Shown: positions 1 to 10,198 of the stretch, piece after piece
Position numbering within the stretch: the stretch's first letter is position 1
Layout of the letters: every line of letters begins with the position of its first letter
DNA from: a virus
Reading direction: 5' to 3' (one strand)
Virus record (IMG/VR): IMGVR_UViG_3300049979_000188
Length of the DNA stretch: 64,000 bases
Notes under the pieces: generated by a model
What the model was told of the DNA's origin: nothing
Seen by the model: only the letters and a program-made list of their open reading frames with translations
Database searches by the model: none
Made by a program: the position numbers and the translations under genes

Positions 1-861
1 GGGGTAGTGCGCGTGGGACAGGCTGGGTTGGCGGGTAATTTTCGTCTGGCCTCTGAGACCTGGGCGGTGTTACCACGGCGCTACCGCCGTGGCTTCACCG
101 TTGAAATGGCGCTTCACGTAGGAACCGGGTTACTTCAGTCCTTACGGGAAGCGACCCAACCAGGTACTTTTTTCTACTGGGGCACCCGGGCGGCAAATAA
201 ATTTTGGCAAGTAAGTCAGGTTTCGGACCCGCCTTACTACGTCCATACGGGGGTTCCGCTTGAAGAAGTAAATCCGGACGACCCACTCGATGGTCTCCAA
301 TTGCATGCTTTGAGCCTGCTACTGCTACCTACGGGGGCCATTGCGGTGCGCTGGCTTGATGAGTCGGCCAACCTGCAGCAAGTGCAGACCCAGCCCGGCG
401 CAGTGACCACTGGTTGGCAACACGTAGTATTGAGCTGGTGCCCGGCTCAGCTCTACCCCGAGGACCCCGATATTATCGACTGCTGGCCCTTTCGGCGCGG
501 TACCCTTCGCTTGGTGGTTAACGGCAAGCAAGTCTTGGTTCAAGAAGGGGTGCCCGAGCTGCGACACCGTGATTTAGCCGGACCTGCCTTTCAACAGTAC
601 ACCGTGCCTTATTACCTGAGCTGGGGCGCGGGTACGCCTGGTTGGACGCACGCCTATGTGCCGGCCGATGCCCAGGGTACACCCACTCCCTTCGAGTACG
701 AGCCGACTGTACTCGAAGAAGCCTTTGGCGGGCTGCTCTCAGGAGTGGATTTACGCCGCTTACGCGTATATGAGGGGGCGGTTACACCTCTGCAGGCCCG
801 CCAACTCAGTACCCAGTATACGCCCGCCTTAAAATGGGGCCAGCTCGACGTGCTTCTCTAA
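1..861 (+). CDS. LamG/concanavalin-A-like domain virion protein, 5'-truncated by window edge
   Basis: Frame open from base 1. LamG-like pattern WQHVVLSW...LRLVVNG...LRRLRVYEGAVTP..ARQL; lies upstream of the structural cluster. Confidence 0.6.
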   Translation, partial: GVVRVGQAGLAGNFRLASETWAVLPRRYRRGFTVEMALHVGTGLLQSLREATQPGTFFYWGTRAANKFWQVSQVSDPPYYVHTGVPLEEVNPDDPLDGLQLHALSLLLLPTGAIAVRWLDESANLQQVQTQPGAVTTGWQHVVLSWCPAQLYPEDPDIIDCWPFRRGTLRLVVNGKQVLVQEGVPELRHRDLAGPAFQQYTVPYYLSWGAGTPGWTHAYVPADAQGTPTPFEYEPTVLEEAFGGLLSGVDLRRLRVYEGAVTPLQARQLSTQYTPALKWGQLDVLL

Positions 862-880
862 GAGGCCGGCGGCCTCTTAG
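858..880 (+). other. Perfect 10-bp hairpin between co-oriented genes
   Basis: ctaagaggcc-ggc-ggcctcttag; no U-tract; ends 8 nt before ATG 889. Confidence 0.6.
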
Positions 881-888
881 CCAAGTTT

Positions 889-2301
889 ATGAGTAAGGTT
901 ACTACCACCCAGATTCCGCCCTCTACCAGTCGTTGGTTGGGGGCGGAACGCGTTGACGCTAAACTAGATAGTTTAGCTTTAGGGGCCACTGTCCAAGGTT
1001 TACGCGAGACAGATTTGCGGCGGGTACTGAGTCAGTTAACGCAGCAGCAGCAGGAGCGTGCGCGCGCCACCCGTTACCGCCTGCATGGGCAGTTAGCCCC
1101 TTTAACTCAACTCGGTCACGGCTCAGCTCAGTGGACGGATTTACTGGCCCTGACTACCCAGCCTGCGACGAGTGCGGGGTATACGGCGGATTTTTTTCGA
1201 GATTTTTCCTACGAGCTCCTGGTGCCCGTACGGGCGGAAGCCTTGGCTAATCTGCCCTTTCACTACCAGCTCTACTACCAACGCGTCACGGGTCTGGAGC
1301 TCGACGTACTGGCTGGTACGTTGGCCACCGATGCCTGGGGCGGGATACTTTTCCCTTTCACGGCAACGCAACCCCTGCAATTGGCCGGCCGCACGATTAG
1401 TGGTCTGCCCGTTGCCTTGCCCGTTACTCAGGTGCTCGTGCGCTTGGTTGGCCCAAGCGGTCAGCAGCGCTACCACTGGCCTGCTGATTGGTCAGAAAGT
1501 GAGCACACCCCAGCCAGTGGGAGTCAAACCGGGTTTATCCCGGCTAGTGTTGCCGCTAACCAGGCTGCCGTTATGAGCTCATTGCTTAGCGTGTTTAAAC
1601 CTGCAAGTTGGGGTACTTTAAGTGACGGTGCCTTTTCGGCTACTTTACTCGGCCAGTTAGTGCCGCTCTGGGCAGCGTATGATTTGGCCTTCACCCAGGC
1701 CAATGTGGAGCGTAACGTACGCTTCATTGCCCATCATTTAGGCCTGGCTGGTCGCCTTGATACGCTCACTACCGATACGGGTACGGAGGTAGTGGGCCCG
1801 CGTGTACGCTTTGACCCCACCCTTGACGCAGAACTTGTCTACTTAAGCTGGCCGCGCTATAGCGTAAGTAAAGAACTGCTCGTACCCGATACGACGTATA
1901 ACCGCACCTACATTTCTTTGCTTGGCTACGTGCATTACGTACGCACGGGTAACAAGCTCGGTTTGCCGTTTCGTTTCAGTTGGGGGGCTTTCCACGCGCT
2001 TAAGCTAGCTGATTTTGCGGCTGACATCCAGCGAGTTCCGCGTGTACTGGCCCAACCAGTGCCTAGTTGGGCCTGGCTCGATACGACTACGGACGAGTAT
2101 GTTTACCGCGACCTTTTACCCTCCGGCAGCCTCGATGGTGAGCGGGGAGTAGATTTTCCGTTTCTCAATAACGCGCATTACGTATATGAGCGCGTGGCCC
2201 ACTATGTAGGCCCTGACCTTACTGATTTTAACGCTTACCGGGCTTTTGCGCGGGTCTTACCAACGGCCCAACTGCTGGCCACGCCCGTTGCGCGCAACTA
2301 A
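889..2301 (+). CDS. Hypothetical protein, probably structural (470 aa)
   Basis: Long ATG ORF in the tail-gene neighbourhood; no recognised motif. Confidence 0.75.
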   Translation: MSKVTTTQIPPSTSRWLGAERVDAKLDSLALGATVQGLRETDLRRVLSQLTQQQQERARATRYRLHGQLAPLTQLGHGSAQWTDLLALTTQPATSAGYTADFFRDFSYELLVPVRAEALANLPFHYQLYYQRVTGLELDVLAGTLATDAWGGILFPFTATQPLQLAGRTISGLPVALPVTQVLVRLVGPSGQQRYHWPADWSESEHTPASGSQTGFIPASVAANQAAVMSSLLSVFKPASWGTLSDGAFSATLLGQLVPLWAAYDLAFTQANVERNVRFIAHHLGLAGRLDTLTTDTGTEVVGPRVRFDPTLDAELVYLSWPRYSVSKELLVPDTTYNRTYISLLGYVHYVRTGNKLGLPFRFSWGAFHALKLADFAADIQRVPRVLAQPVPSWAWLDTTTDEYVYRDLLPSGSLDGERGVDFPFLNNAHYVYERVAHYVGPDLTDFNAYRAFARVLPTAQLLATPVARN

Positions 2302-2312
2302 TATTCGCTGCT

Positions 2313-3122
2313 ATGATACGACTGCGCACAACGGCTGGAACTGGGTTGAATTTACTGCTGCCCCTTGAGCAAGCCAGTAGTCACGAGCTTAGTTGGGAAG
2401 AACGCGCCGCAGTCTACGCCGACCAGGCCCTGGACAAGGCCGTGGCGGCTCAGCCGCCTACTGACGGGGAGTACGAGCGCTACCACCCCCAGCAGACGTT
2501 GCGTTACGAGGCGGCGCTGCTCAATTCACTCAACACGAGTGGGGCGGCCGTAGCTGACCTGACGCGTATTGGGGTCAGTTCGGCGGAGCTTGTGGCCTCC
2601 GCCCCGGCTGTTGCGCGAAGCTTATGGGTGCTCAGCTACTACGCAGATGCGCAAGGCACGCAGCTGCTAAGCCGTAATTACCTGCGTTTGGGTGCGCCCG
2701 AGGCCAAGCAAGCCCCGGCTTCGTCCAGTGACCACTGGGGCAGTGTTCTTCAGCTGGCTTATCGCCAACCAGCTTTTGAGCACGCGGTACTTTACGTACC
2801 CGCTGGGGTAGATACTTGCTGGTTAGAACTACGTTTAGTAGTGGCCCGTGGCGGGGCGCAACGCGTTTTTACGCTGGACGCAGACGCGGCAACGCGGCAA
2901 CTACTAGCCTTAACGCTTAATCCGCTAACGCACCGCTACGTGCCAAGCTCGGGTGAGCAAACCGTTGCCTTTACGGAGCTACGTGCCGTTACGGCGCGCA
3001 ATACGCTCGCGCCGGTGCTCAACCAGCAGCTACCCGCACTCGCGCGCTACCAAACCCTGGCCGGTGGTGGCTACCTGCCTTTAACGGCCACATCCGACTT
3101 CGGAGCCACTAGTCCTCAATAA
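2313..3122 (+). CDS. Hypothetical protein (269 aa)
   Basis: ATG ORF 11 nt after the previous stop. Confidence 0.75.
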   Translation: MIRLRTTAGTGLNLLLPLEQASSHELSWEERAAVYADQALDKAVAAQPPTDGEYERYHPQQTLRYEAALLNSLNTSGAAVADLTRIGVSSAELVASAPAVARSLWVLSYYADAQGTQLLSRNYLRLGAPEAKQAPASSSDHWGSVLQLAYRQPAFEHAVLYVPAGVDTCWLELRLVVARGGAQRVFTLDADAATRQLLALTLNPLTHRYVPSSGEQTVAFTELRAVTARNTLAPVLNQQLPALARYQTLAGGGYLPLTATSDFGATSPQ

Positions 3123-3131
3123 CAGCTTTTT

Positions 3132-3350
3132 ATGGAATTACTCTTGCACCTACTGGGCAATATTGTCAATTTTCTGCTCCTGTTTTTAGCTTACGCAAGC
3201 TTTTTGTATCTGGCGTTTTTGGGGGGTGTTTTTGCGTACGACCTGCGCACCGAACGCCGGTTTAAGCTTACGCCTGAGCTCTGGTTTTTAGCTGCCATTG
3301 CCTGCGTTTACCTGCTGACCTGCGTTACCTGGAAGTTGTTAGGGTTCTAA
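3132..3350 (+). CDS. Small membrane protein, 2 predicted TM helices
   Basis: Two hydrophobic stretches separated by DLRTERRFK. Confidence 0.7.
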   Translation: MELLLHLLGNIVNFLLLFLAYASFLYLAFLGGVFAYDLRTERRFKLTPELWFLAAIACVYLLTCVTWKLLGF

Positions 3351-3363
3351 CAAGAATTTTCCG

Positions 3364-3371
3364 TATCTTTG
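3364..3371 (+). promoter_or_regulatory. Bacteroidota-type -7 promoter element TATCTTTG
   Basis: Matches TAnnTTTG, preceded by ttttccg, intergenic. Confidence 0.65.
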
Positions 3372-3406
3372 CCACACACCAGGTATCTTCACTTGTTTCC
3401 TTCTGC

Positions 3407-4177
3407 GTGGGCACTTTCTTCCCCTTACCCAAGACCATACCCCTTGACCAGGCCTGCGCAACCATTGAGGGCTATGCGCAGCTGGTGGCACCGAGCACTA
3501 GCTCACCCCCCATTTTCTACGAGTCAGGTTTACGAGCCCGGCTTAGTGGCCTGGCAGGTTGGCTCGACCGCTTGGTTAGTTCCTGGGCTAAACCCTCCCG
3601 CGTAAGTTTGGTTACGGCCTCTCTACGCTTGGGTACTGAGCTTGGGCTACTGCGTAAGCTACTTGCCGCCTCCGAGCGGCCAACCTCCGCTGAGCTTACC
3701 CAGGCGCTCGCTTACTGCGGGCAGCTCTACCGCTACAGCACCATGCTTTACCGCTACCTCATGCGCACGCGGAGTGGGCGCGCTAGTTGGGACTACGAAA
3801 AACAGGTACATGGTCCACTTGAATTTCATGCCACAACGGCCCAGTACACGCTAAGCCAGCGTGTGGAGCAGGTTGGGCACGAGGTCGAGGCATTCCAGCG
3901 GCGGCTCAACCAGCTAGTGTTCCACAACTACCCGCTCCCGGTGAGTACGCTGGCGGCTATGCTGGCCAGCTTTTACGTGGAACTCGATACACTTGTGGTT
4001 CAGCTGGGCTCGACGCCGCCACAGGTACGTCTGCGCAGTATTCGTAGCCTAACCCTACGGCAAGCGCGTGAAGTAGACATAACCCAATTCGATACGCGCA
4101 GTCAGGAGGCTATCCTACTTGATGTGCTTCAACGCAACCCCATTCCAGCCTCCCATGAACCAGTCAGAAACAACTAG
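3407..4177 (+). CDS. Hypothetical helical protein (256 aa)
   Basis: GTG ORF downstream of the TAnnTTTG element. Confidence 0.65.
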   Translation: MGTFFPLPKTIPLDQACATIEGYAQLVAPSTSSPPIFYESGLRARLSGLAGWLDRLVSSWAKPSRVSLVTASLRLGTELGLLRKLLAASERPTSAELTQALAYCGQLYRYSTMLYRYLMRTRSGRASWDYEKQVHGPLEFHATTAQYTLSQRVEQVGHEVEAFQRRLNQLVFHNYPLPVSTLAAMLASFYVELDTLVVQLGSTPPQVRLRSIRSLTLRQAREVDITQFDTRSQEAILLDVLQRNPIPASHEPVRNN

Positions 4178-4793
4178 CTCCTCGCTTGACGCGACTCCCT
4201 TGGACGATGCCTTCCAGGCCTTGACCCCGCATTTTGTCTCCTTGATGCTGGACCCAGAGCTGGAAATGGCGCTGGTGCTGACACTGGCTTGCGCCAGTGA
4301 GTGGGTGTGCTACGCAACGCCGCAGGTGCGTATTATGCCTCCGCATTACGTGGCCGGTGGGGTCCTACTACGACTCGTGGCCATTGCCGAGGCACCAGTT
4401 GACGCGCTACTGGCCCATGGTACGGCGCTTGTGACGCGTAACCGTCAAATTGAGGAGCGCCGGCAGGAAATTCACCGCCTTCAAGTGGAGGCCGAGCAGA
4501 AGCTGCGCGGCGAGATTGCCCAGCTCATGAGTGAGACGGGTGGCTTTGAACTGGCCCCGCCCGCACCCGCGCTTCCTGCTGTGACCCCGCAACAAGCGCC
4601 TGCGCTGCCGCAGCCAGCAGCTGTTGCCCCGACGCCACTGAGTCCTCGACCCGACCAGGGGACTTACCTCTCAGGTCGACCCGACGTGCAGGTCTACGTA
4701 CACGAATTGGCCGACGTGGACCCCACGCCCGGTAGCGGGCGGCACCCCGAGGGGCCGGCTCCTTCACTGGCTCAACTGGCGCAGGGTATTTAG
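4155..4793 (+). CDS. Hypothetical protein with coiled coil and Pro/Ala-rich tail
   Basis: ATG 4155 overlaps the previous stop; coiled segment RQIEERRQEIHRLQVEAEQKLR. Confidence 0.7.
   Translation: MNQSETTSSSLDATPLDDAFQALTPHFVSLMLDPELEMALVLTLACASEWVCYATPQVRIMPPHYVAGGVLLRLVAIAEAPVDALLAHGTALVTRNRQIEERRQEIHRLQVEAEQKLRGEIAQLMSETGGFELAPPAPALPAVTPQQAPALPQPAAVAPTPLSPRPDQGTYLSGRPDVQVYVHELADVDPTPGSGRHPEGPAPSLAQLAQGI
4787..4793 (+). promoter_or_regulatory. TATTTAG putative late-promoter motif
   Basis: Recurrent motif in sense orientation upstream of structural genes; overlaps the upstream stop codon. Confidence 0.55.
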
Positions 4794-4823
4794 CTCATTG
4801 TCTTTCTCTTTTTACTGCCACTC

Positions 4824-6917
4824 ATGGCTTACAACTTAAAAACAGAACAAGCGGCCTACTACGTGAAGCTGACGGCAATTGGTCGTCAGCTTCTTTCCCA
4901 AGGGGCCCTTACTTTCCAGGGGTTTGCCATCGGTGACTCGGAAGTAGACTACCAGGCAACTTCCCGGGGCGGAGCGGACTATACCGCACTGCGCGTGCTG
5001 CGTCCAGTAGATAATCAGGCCGATATTAAGTACCCGGTTTCTCCTACGGCCGGGGTAACGCCGATTGCCCCGCTTACGGGTAAAGTTGCCCAGCAGCACC
5101 GCATTACCAACCAGGCGCCATCCAGGGGCTTTTTCCGGGCCCCTACCCCGCAGAATCCCCCCGCTGACTACTACCTCATTGACGTGACCCTACCCGATGC
5201 CCAGGGTCACGTCACCACCATTCGTGACACATTTGGTGTGCTACCCAATGGGGGTGACACCGTACTTTACGATAGTGGTAACCCGCACTATCAGCTCGGC
5301 GACTGGTTGCTAGTTCATTGGTTTCATCCCGGGTGGGGGTATGTGGCAGAAAACCTGCCCAACCGCTATGCACTTGCCCCTGATGCGCCTGGTGCGTACC
5401 TGCTTTACCGCATCTTGGGGGAAGTGGAGGGTGGCCTGCAGCTGGACCGCCCGGTTCCGCGCTTTGCTTACCCTGATGTCAATTCTGCCCGGTATTCGCC
5501 CGCCTTCGTCATTCCCGGTGGGGATGCTATCGAGGAAGTCTATGGCCTGGCTGACCCCGTGCTCGACTGGGATGAGGACCAGCTGGCCTTCGTGAATACG
5601 TCCCCAGTGGGCAGCGCCCAGGTTGGCCTCTGGAATTGCAATATCGTGTACGGAGAACAGCCAATCGGGGCTCAACTTTTTCCCCTGGCGGCCTATCCCT
5701 CCAATACGTACGCCGGGGCTCGCCGCTACTTGGGGTATCCTTCAGTCGGCTCGCCGATTGCTTTGCTGCACTACTCGAATCACGTTGTTCATAATCTGTA
5801 CGGCGAGGCCCTGGTACCAACAAGCGTGCAGGTAACGCTTTCGACTGTTTTATGGTGGGCCAATACGGATGCCAGGAGTGGGCTCACGGTAAAAGCCACC
5901 TCAACCCGTCACGAGGTAACGGGCGGCGCTTCTACGTTCCAGCTGGCTTTTCATATTTTGGAAGACGAGTTTGGCCACGGGGTAGGGCGTGTTTTCCCAT
6001 CCTTAAAGTTGATAGCGCTCGACGACAAAGAGCTCGTTACGGCTCTCTCGGCCAAGAGCAACCGGAATTGGACCTTGCCGCCCTTTGACTACCTTTCCGT
6101 AACGGGGGCTAATGCGCCCACTGATTTGGGTCAGGGCATTGTCTTTAGTGAGCCGCTGGCCTCAACTGACATAGACCCGACTAAAAAGACGCTCCATATT
6201 ACCTACGCGCTACTTCCCGACGAGACCCAGCCTTGGGACGCGTCCCAAGGCTACGGCTTTCGCCCCAGTATGCCCTGCCAGTACGTTACGCGTACACCCG
6301 TAGCCCTGGCCCAGGCGCAGGCGGTCAACTTGCGACTTTCCACCAGGTACCTACAGCACTTTCAGAGTGCTGATTCACCACTGGGGGCGGGCTACACGGC
6401 CCAGCGCCTGGTGCTGCTTTTCCAGGAGACTATTACCGGCGTGCAGCCGCAGGCTGACCGCTGGATTGTCTACGACATGGTCGATGAAGTGAATGCTAAT
6501 CTACCAGGACGCGGCAGTAGTATCCCGGCTAATGGCCTTGACTACCTTTACCAGGTGGCGGGGGCCAAGCTGCTGGCGGCCCGTCAAAATGCGGTGGCCA
6601 ACAACAAATACTTTATTCTGGATGCGCTTGGCTCAGCGGCGGATGGGCTGACGCTGGGAGAAGAAACTGTGCTGCTGGGTAACGTGGCGACCGATATTGA
6701 GTCCATGGCGTTTCGTACCTCTTTCCTGCTCAACTTGCCGGAAGGTAGCTACGCCACCAGTAGTAATCCTACCTGGCAGCTCGGTCAACCCGTGGCCATT
6801 ACGGAACTTGGCATTTACGATGTCAATAACAGTTTAGTTGCCATTGCCAAGCCAACTGACCCGATTGTCAAAATCGCGCAACAGCCCCTATTTCTCGACA
6901 TCTCACTTGATTTTTAA
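4824..6917 (+). CDS. Tail/baseplate structural protein with tail-collar-like (DUF3751-like) termini (697 aa)
   Basis: N-term VKLTAIGRQLL...FAIGDSE; C-term ITELGIYDVNNSLVAIAKP. Confidence 0.6.
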   Translation: MAYNLKTEQAAYYVKLTAIGRQLLSQGALTFQGFAIGDSEVDYQATSRGGADYTALRVLRPVDNQADIKYPVSPTAGVTPIAPLTGKVAQQHRITNQAPSRGFFRAPTPQNPPADYYLIDVTLPDAQGHVTTIRDTFGVLPNGGDTVLYDSGNPHYQLGDWLLVHWFHPGWGYVAENLPNRYALAPDAPGAYLLYRILGEVEGGLQLDRPVPRFAYPDVNSARYSPAFVIPGGDAIEEVYGLADPVLDWDEDQLAFVNTSPVGSAQVGLWNCNIVYGEQPIGAQLFPLAAYPSNTYAGARRYLGYPSVGSPIALLHYSNHVVHNLYGEALVPTSVQVTLSTVLWWANTDARSGLTVKATSTRHEVTGGASTFQLAFHILEDEFGHGVGRVFPSLKLIALDDKELVTALSAKSNRNWTLPPFDYLSVTGANAPTDLGQGIVFSEPLASTDIDPTKKTLHITYALLPDETQPWDASQGYGFRPSMPCQYVTRTPVALAQAQAVNLRLSTRYLQHFQSADSPLGAGYTAQRLVLLFQETITGVQPQADRWIVYDMVDEVNANLPGRGSSIPANGLDYLYQVAGAKLLAARQNAVANNKYFILDALGSAADGLTLGEETVLLGNVATDIESMAFRTSFLLNLPEGSYATSSNPTWQLGQPVAITELGIYDVNNSLVAIAKPTDPIVKIAQQPLFLDISLDF

Positions 6918-6922
6918 CCGCT

Positions 6923-7702
6923 ATGGGTTTCATTCAGTCCCCCAACGCGAAGGTTTCCCTCGTGGCTTTTCTCACCCAGAAAGGCCGCGAGTACTTAGTC
7001 GGTGGTCAGCCCACCGATTTTCGACCTCGCTACTTTGCCGCCGCGGACCCCGACACCAACTACCTGCAGGCTTCGCAGAATACGAGCCGTGGGGCCAACA
7101 TTTTGCCCGCTGGCTTCGTGCCTGATTTGAGTGGGGACTATACGGGGGCGATTCACTCGCTGGCCGGGGGCGTACGGCAGCGTAGTTTTCTGCGCGGCGG
7201 CTCGGCTATTGCCCAGCTTGGTACCAATGGCAGTCTGGGTGGTAGCATCAGCACGGTTGGCTTTGGTCCATCCCGCTACGAGGCCACCCGGGTTACGGCC
7301 TTGGCACGTCCAGGACTTACGCTTAGCATAGCCGTCCCGCTGCGCCTGACCAGCGGGGCCGTCATTGGGGGGGAGCAGGTGCGTCTGACACTGGCTCCAC
7401 CGGCCCGGGGTACTAGCGCGGCGCTCTACCCGTACCTGAGTTTTGCCAACGCGGGTATCGTTAGTTGGAACGCGGGCGAAGTAGCCGACAAGACGGCGCT
7501 ACTAACGCTGAGTTTACCGGTGTTGCCCGTTCCGACGCTGAGTGAGACAGCCCAGGGAGGGTACCGCTACTACGTCTGCGTACTGGCAACCCCGTATAAA
7601 GCCAGCGTGCTGGTTCCTCAGGAAACGGGTCTTTACGTAGCGGAGATTTTCCTCAACTTTGCCGCTGAAACTGCCACGTTAAGCGGGTTAAGCGCCGCTT
7701 AA
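6923..7702 (+). CDS. Structural protein sharing the N-terminal motif of 4824 (259 aa)
   Basis: AFLTQKGREYL...YFAAADPDTNY resembles the N-terminus of the 697-aa protein. Confidence 0.6.
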   Translation: MGFIQSPNAKVSLVAFLTQKGREYLVGGQPTDFRPRYFAAADPDTNYLQASQNTSRGANILPAGFVPDLSGDYTGAIHSLAGGVRQRSFLRGGSAIAQLGTNGSLGGSISTVGFGPSRYEATRVTALARPGLTLSIAVPLRLTSGAVIGGEQVRLTLAPPARGTSAALYPYLSFANAGIVSWNAGEVADKTALLTLSLPVLPVPTLSETAQGGYRYYVCVLATPYKASVLVPQETGLYVAEIFLNFAAETATLSGLSAA

Positions 7703-7720
7703 CCCGTAAGCTAGATTTTT
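7684..7720 (+). terminator. Hairpin at gene end followed by T-run
   Basis: cgggttaagc-gcc-gcttaacccg; the T-run starts about 9 nt later, so it may not be a canonical terminator. Confidence 0.4.
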
Positions 7721-7739
7721 TTTTATCGCCTTTACCCTT

Positions 7740-9194
7740 ATGGCTGCCACCCAAACTGAACAGCTCCTGGCCGCGCTCCCGGCCGGTATCAGCGCGCCGC
7801 CCTTGCCGGCGCCGCTGCCCTACCTTAAACCCGTCGAAGGTACGGGCTACTTTCAGAAAACCCCCCTGACCCAGACGGCGGAGCCCCTGGTCGGGGAAGA
7901 GCTGCTCTTTACCTACTGTGACGTAACAGATTATGGGATACGTCCCTTTGGTAATCTCTTCAGCTCGCTACGCCTCCCCGTATCCCTTGACGAGCGTACC
8001 CGTTTAGGTACTATTCTGGCTGGTACCGGCCTGGATGGGTTGCAGGATGTAGAGCACGTAGTAGTGGTGGAAGTACCAGCTGACCGGTACGGGGAGATGC
8101 TTGACGGTAAGTCTATTGAGCTACAGCTCCCTTTGCGGGTGGACGGCCAAAATGAAGTGTATACGCTCTACGGTGGCTACTACAATTTCAATACGGAGCT
8201 CAATAACCAGGTCAGCGACAGCAATCCCCTCTCCGGGTACCTCGGGGTGGAGCCGACGCCGGAAAACGATTATAACTCCAATATCGCCTACCTGTTCTGT
8301 AACCAGATTCAACCCCCTAAGGATACGTTGACCGAGGTTCAGCTAACGAGCGCTTCCGTGGTAGTACCTGCCCGCGGCTCAGTCGAGGTACTCGTTCCCT
8401 TAGTGGCCGCCACGACCTACCGCTGCAGTGCCCTCACCCAGGCCGGCATTCGCGTCAAGGCGGAAGTAGCCGGGGCGGGCCTGGTCGAGCTGGCGAGTCT
8501 TACGCTCAATGGAATTGGCCCTACCGGTACGTTTCGCCCGCGTCAAGCCGCTACCAAGCTGCGCTACTTTAACGATGGGTACGCTGATTTAGTCCTTGAT
8601 AACGTGGTGGTGCGGTACGACGTGACTTCTTCGCGTGAGTGGAGCAGCTGGAGCCCTCTTAACCGTTACCCTACCCAGCCCAACGGCGTGGGTAAGTCGA
8701 TTGCGACGCTGCTTGACCCCAATCAACTCGGGTTTGCCGATGAGCCCGTTGGGCTCGTCTACCTGGATAAAGGCTTGCTCGTGCTCACGCACCCGACCCT
8801 GGTGGAAAACCTACGCCGCGATACGCTAAGCGGGGCGCAGTGCCTGGAGGAGCCTGGCTTAGTAGACCTGGTAGATTGCCCCGCTACCGGCGGCTATACC
8901 CGTTTGCGTTATACGGGTGATGACGGAACCCTGGCCCGACTCTCCTATCGTTCGGTCACGACGGAACTTACCCAGACCTTTACCTGTATGGCCGGCATCG
9001 GGGAGTTTAGCCAGACAACGAACCCTACTTACTCTGTCGCCTATCCTGATGCGGCCGCTGACCAGCCCGTCTACATTACGGAGGTTGGCTTGTATAACCA
9101 GGCCGGTGAACTCATTGCCATCGCCAAAACCAGCGAGCCCCTGCTCAAGCAAGCTAACCGCCCCGTACTCTTCACCATCTACCTACGCCTGTAG
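7740..9194 (+). CDS. Structural protein sharing the C-terminal motif of 4824 (484 aa)
   Basis: C-term NPTY...VYITEVGLYNQAGELIAIAKTSEP parallels NPTW...VAITELGIYDVNNSLVAIAKPTDP. Confidence 0.65.
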   Translation: MAATQTEQLLAALPAGISAPPLPAPLPYLKPVEGTGYFQKTPLTQTAEPLVGEELLFTYCDVTDYGIRPFGNLFSSLRLPVSLDERTRLGTILAGTGLDGLQDVEHVVVVEVPADRYGEMLDGKSIELQLPLRVDGQNEVYTLYGGYYNFNTELNNQVSDSNPLSGYLGVEPTPENDYNSNIAYLFCNQIQPPKDTLTEVQLTSASVVVPARGSVEVLVPLVAATTYRCSALTQAGIRVKAEVAGAGLVELASLTLNGIGPTGTFRPRQAATKLRYFNDGYADLVLDNVVVRYDVTSSREWSSWSPLNRYPTQPNGVGKSIATLLDPNQLGFADEPVGLVYLDKGLLVLTHPTLVENLRRDTLSGAQCLEEPGLVDLVDCPATGGYTRLRYTGDDGTLARLSYRSVTTELTQTFTCMAGIGEFSQTTNPTYSVAYPDAAADQPVYITEVGLYNQAGELIAIAKTSEPLLKQANRPVLFTIYLRL

Positions 9195-9196
9195 TT

Positions 9197-9457
9197 ATGC
9201 GCAATCTCAAGGCCCGGGCCCCGCAACCGGTACTCCCACCTAAAAATAAGGCCTTACGCACCGTGGCCCCCGGTCAGGAGGAAGAAGCAGTTGTCTATGG
9301 ACCTGCTAAGCTGCGGGCTGACGTGCTGGCCCACACCAAGGTATTTTGTGCCCTGCATAAACAGCAGATGCAGGATTACCTCTCCGACGTGGTGGAGGAG
9401 CACCTGCGTGCTGTCGGCTACCTGCCACCCGTAGCCACCGCCCCTGACCATGAGTAA
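9197..9457 (+). CDS. Small protein, possible ribbon-helix-helix DNA-binding fold
   Basis: AKLRADVLAHTKVFCALHKQQMQDYLSDVVEEHL has strand-helix-helix spacing. Confidence 0.4.
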   Translation: MRNLKARAPQPVLPPKNKALRTVAPGQEEEAVVYGPAKLRADVLAHTKVFCALHKQQMQDYLSDVVEEHLRAVGYLPPVATAPDHE

Positions 9458-10112
9458 GCCCCGGCTGATGTACTTGAGTCTGGACGTGAGTACGACCAGT
9501 ACTGGCGTAGCTGGCTTTGATGCCCAGGGGGAGCTCATTGGCCTGAGTGCCTATTCCCCGGTAGTCAGTAAAAAAGTCCCCGATTCGGACCACCTGCTGG
9601 TCAAGGCCCAGGGGTTGCGTACGCACTTACTCGACCACTATGACCTGAGTGAGCTCCGGCAAGTCTGGATTGAAGAGCCTATCCAAAAAGGACCCAATCA
9701 ATTCACCGTTATCCTACTGGCGCGCTTCAATGCCGTGGTCACCTACTTTTGCTGGCACCTGGCCGGCCGCCTACCCGAGCACGTAAGCGTGCACGCCTGG
9801 CGCAGCCGCCTCTGCCCGGAATTTCAGAAAACCAAGGTCCTCAAATCAGGTAAAATGGGTAAGAGCACCTGGCAGTTACCCGAGGAGCTGGACCCCAAAA
9901 CCTATATCCACCAAAAAGTCTTAGCCTGGTTTCCGCAGCTTATGGCCGCGGGCGCCGTTCATAAGAAAGACGGCACCCTGCGTTCCCAGACGTTTGATAA
10001 AAGCGACGCTGTGGGGGTGGGTGTAGCCAAGCTTCTGGAACTTGGTGTGCTGAACTGGGTGGAGCTTGAACGCCGACTAAATGTTTCGCGCCGCGTAAAA
10101 CGAGGGGCGTAG
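9450..10112 (+). CDS. RuvC-like Holliday junction resolvase
   Basis: LSLDVSTTSTG (first acidic), VWIEEP (second), DKSDA (third). Confidence 0.8.
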   Translation: MSKPRLMYLSLDVSTTSTGVAGFDAQGELIGLSAYSPVVSKKVPDSDHLLVKAQGLRTHLLDHYDLSELRQVWIEEPIQKGPNQFTVILLARFNAVVTYFCWHLAGRLPEHVSVHAWRSRLCPEFQKTKVLKSGKMGKSTWQLPEELDPKTYIHQKVLAWFPQLMAAGAVHKKDGTLRSQTFDKSDAVGVGVAKLLELGVLNWVELERRLNVSRRVKRGA

Positions 10113-10165
10113 CGTGGGTAATTAACGGAGAAATGCGTGAGCTAGTGCGCTTTCGGATTTTTACG

Positions 10166-10173
10166 TATATTTG
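10166..10173 (+). promoter_or_regulatory. -7 element TATATTTG
   Basis: ttttacgTATATTTGcc, 25 nt upstream of ATG 10199. Confidence 0.7.
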
Positions 10174-10198
10174 CCATAAATCTGATAACCTACATTCT

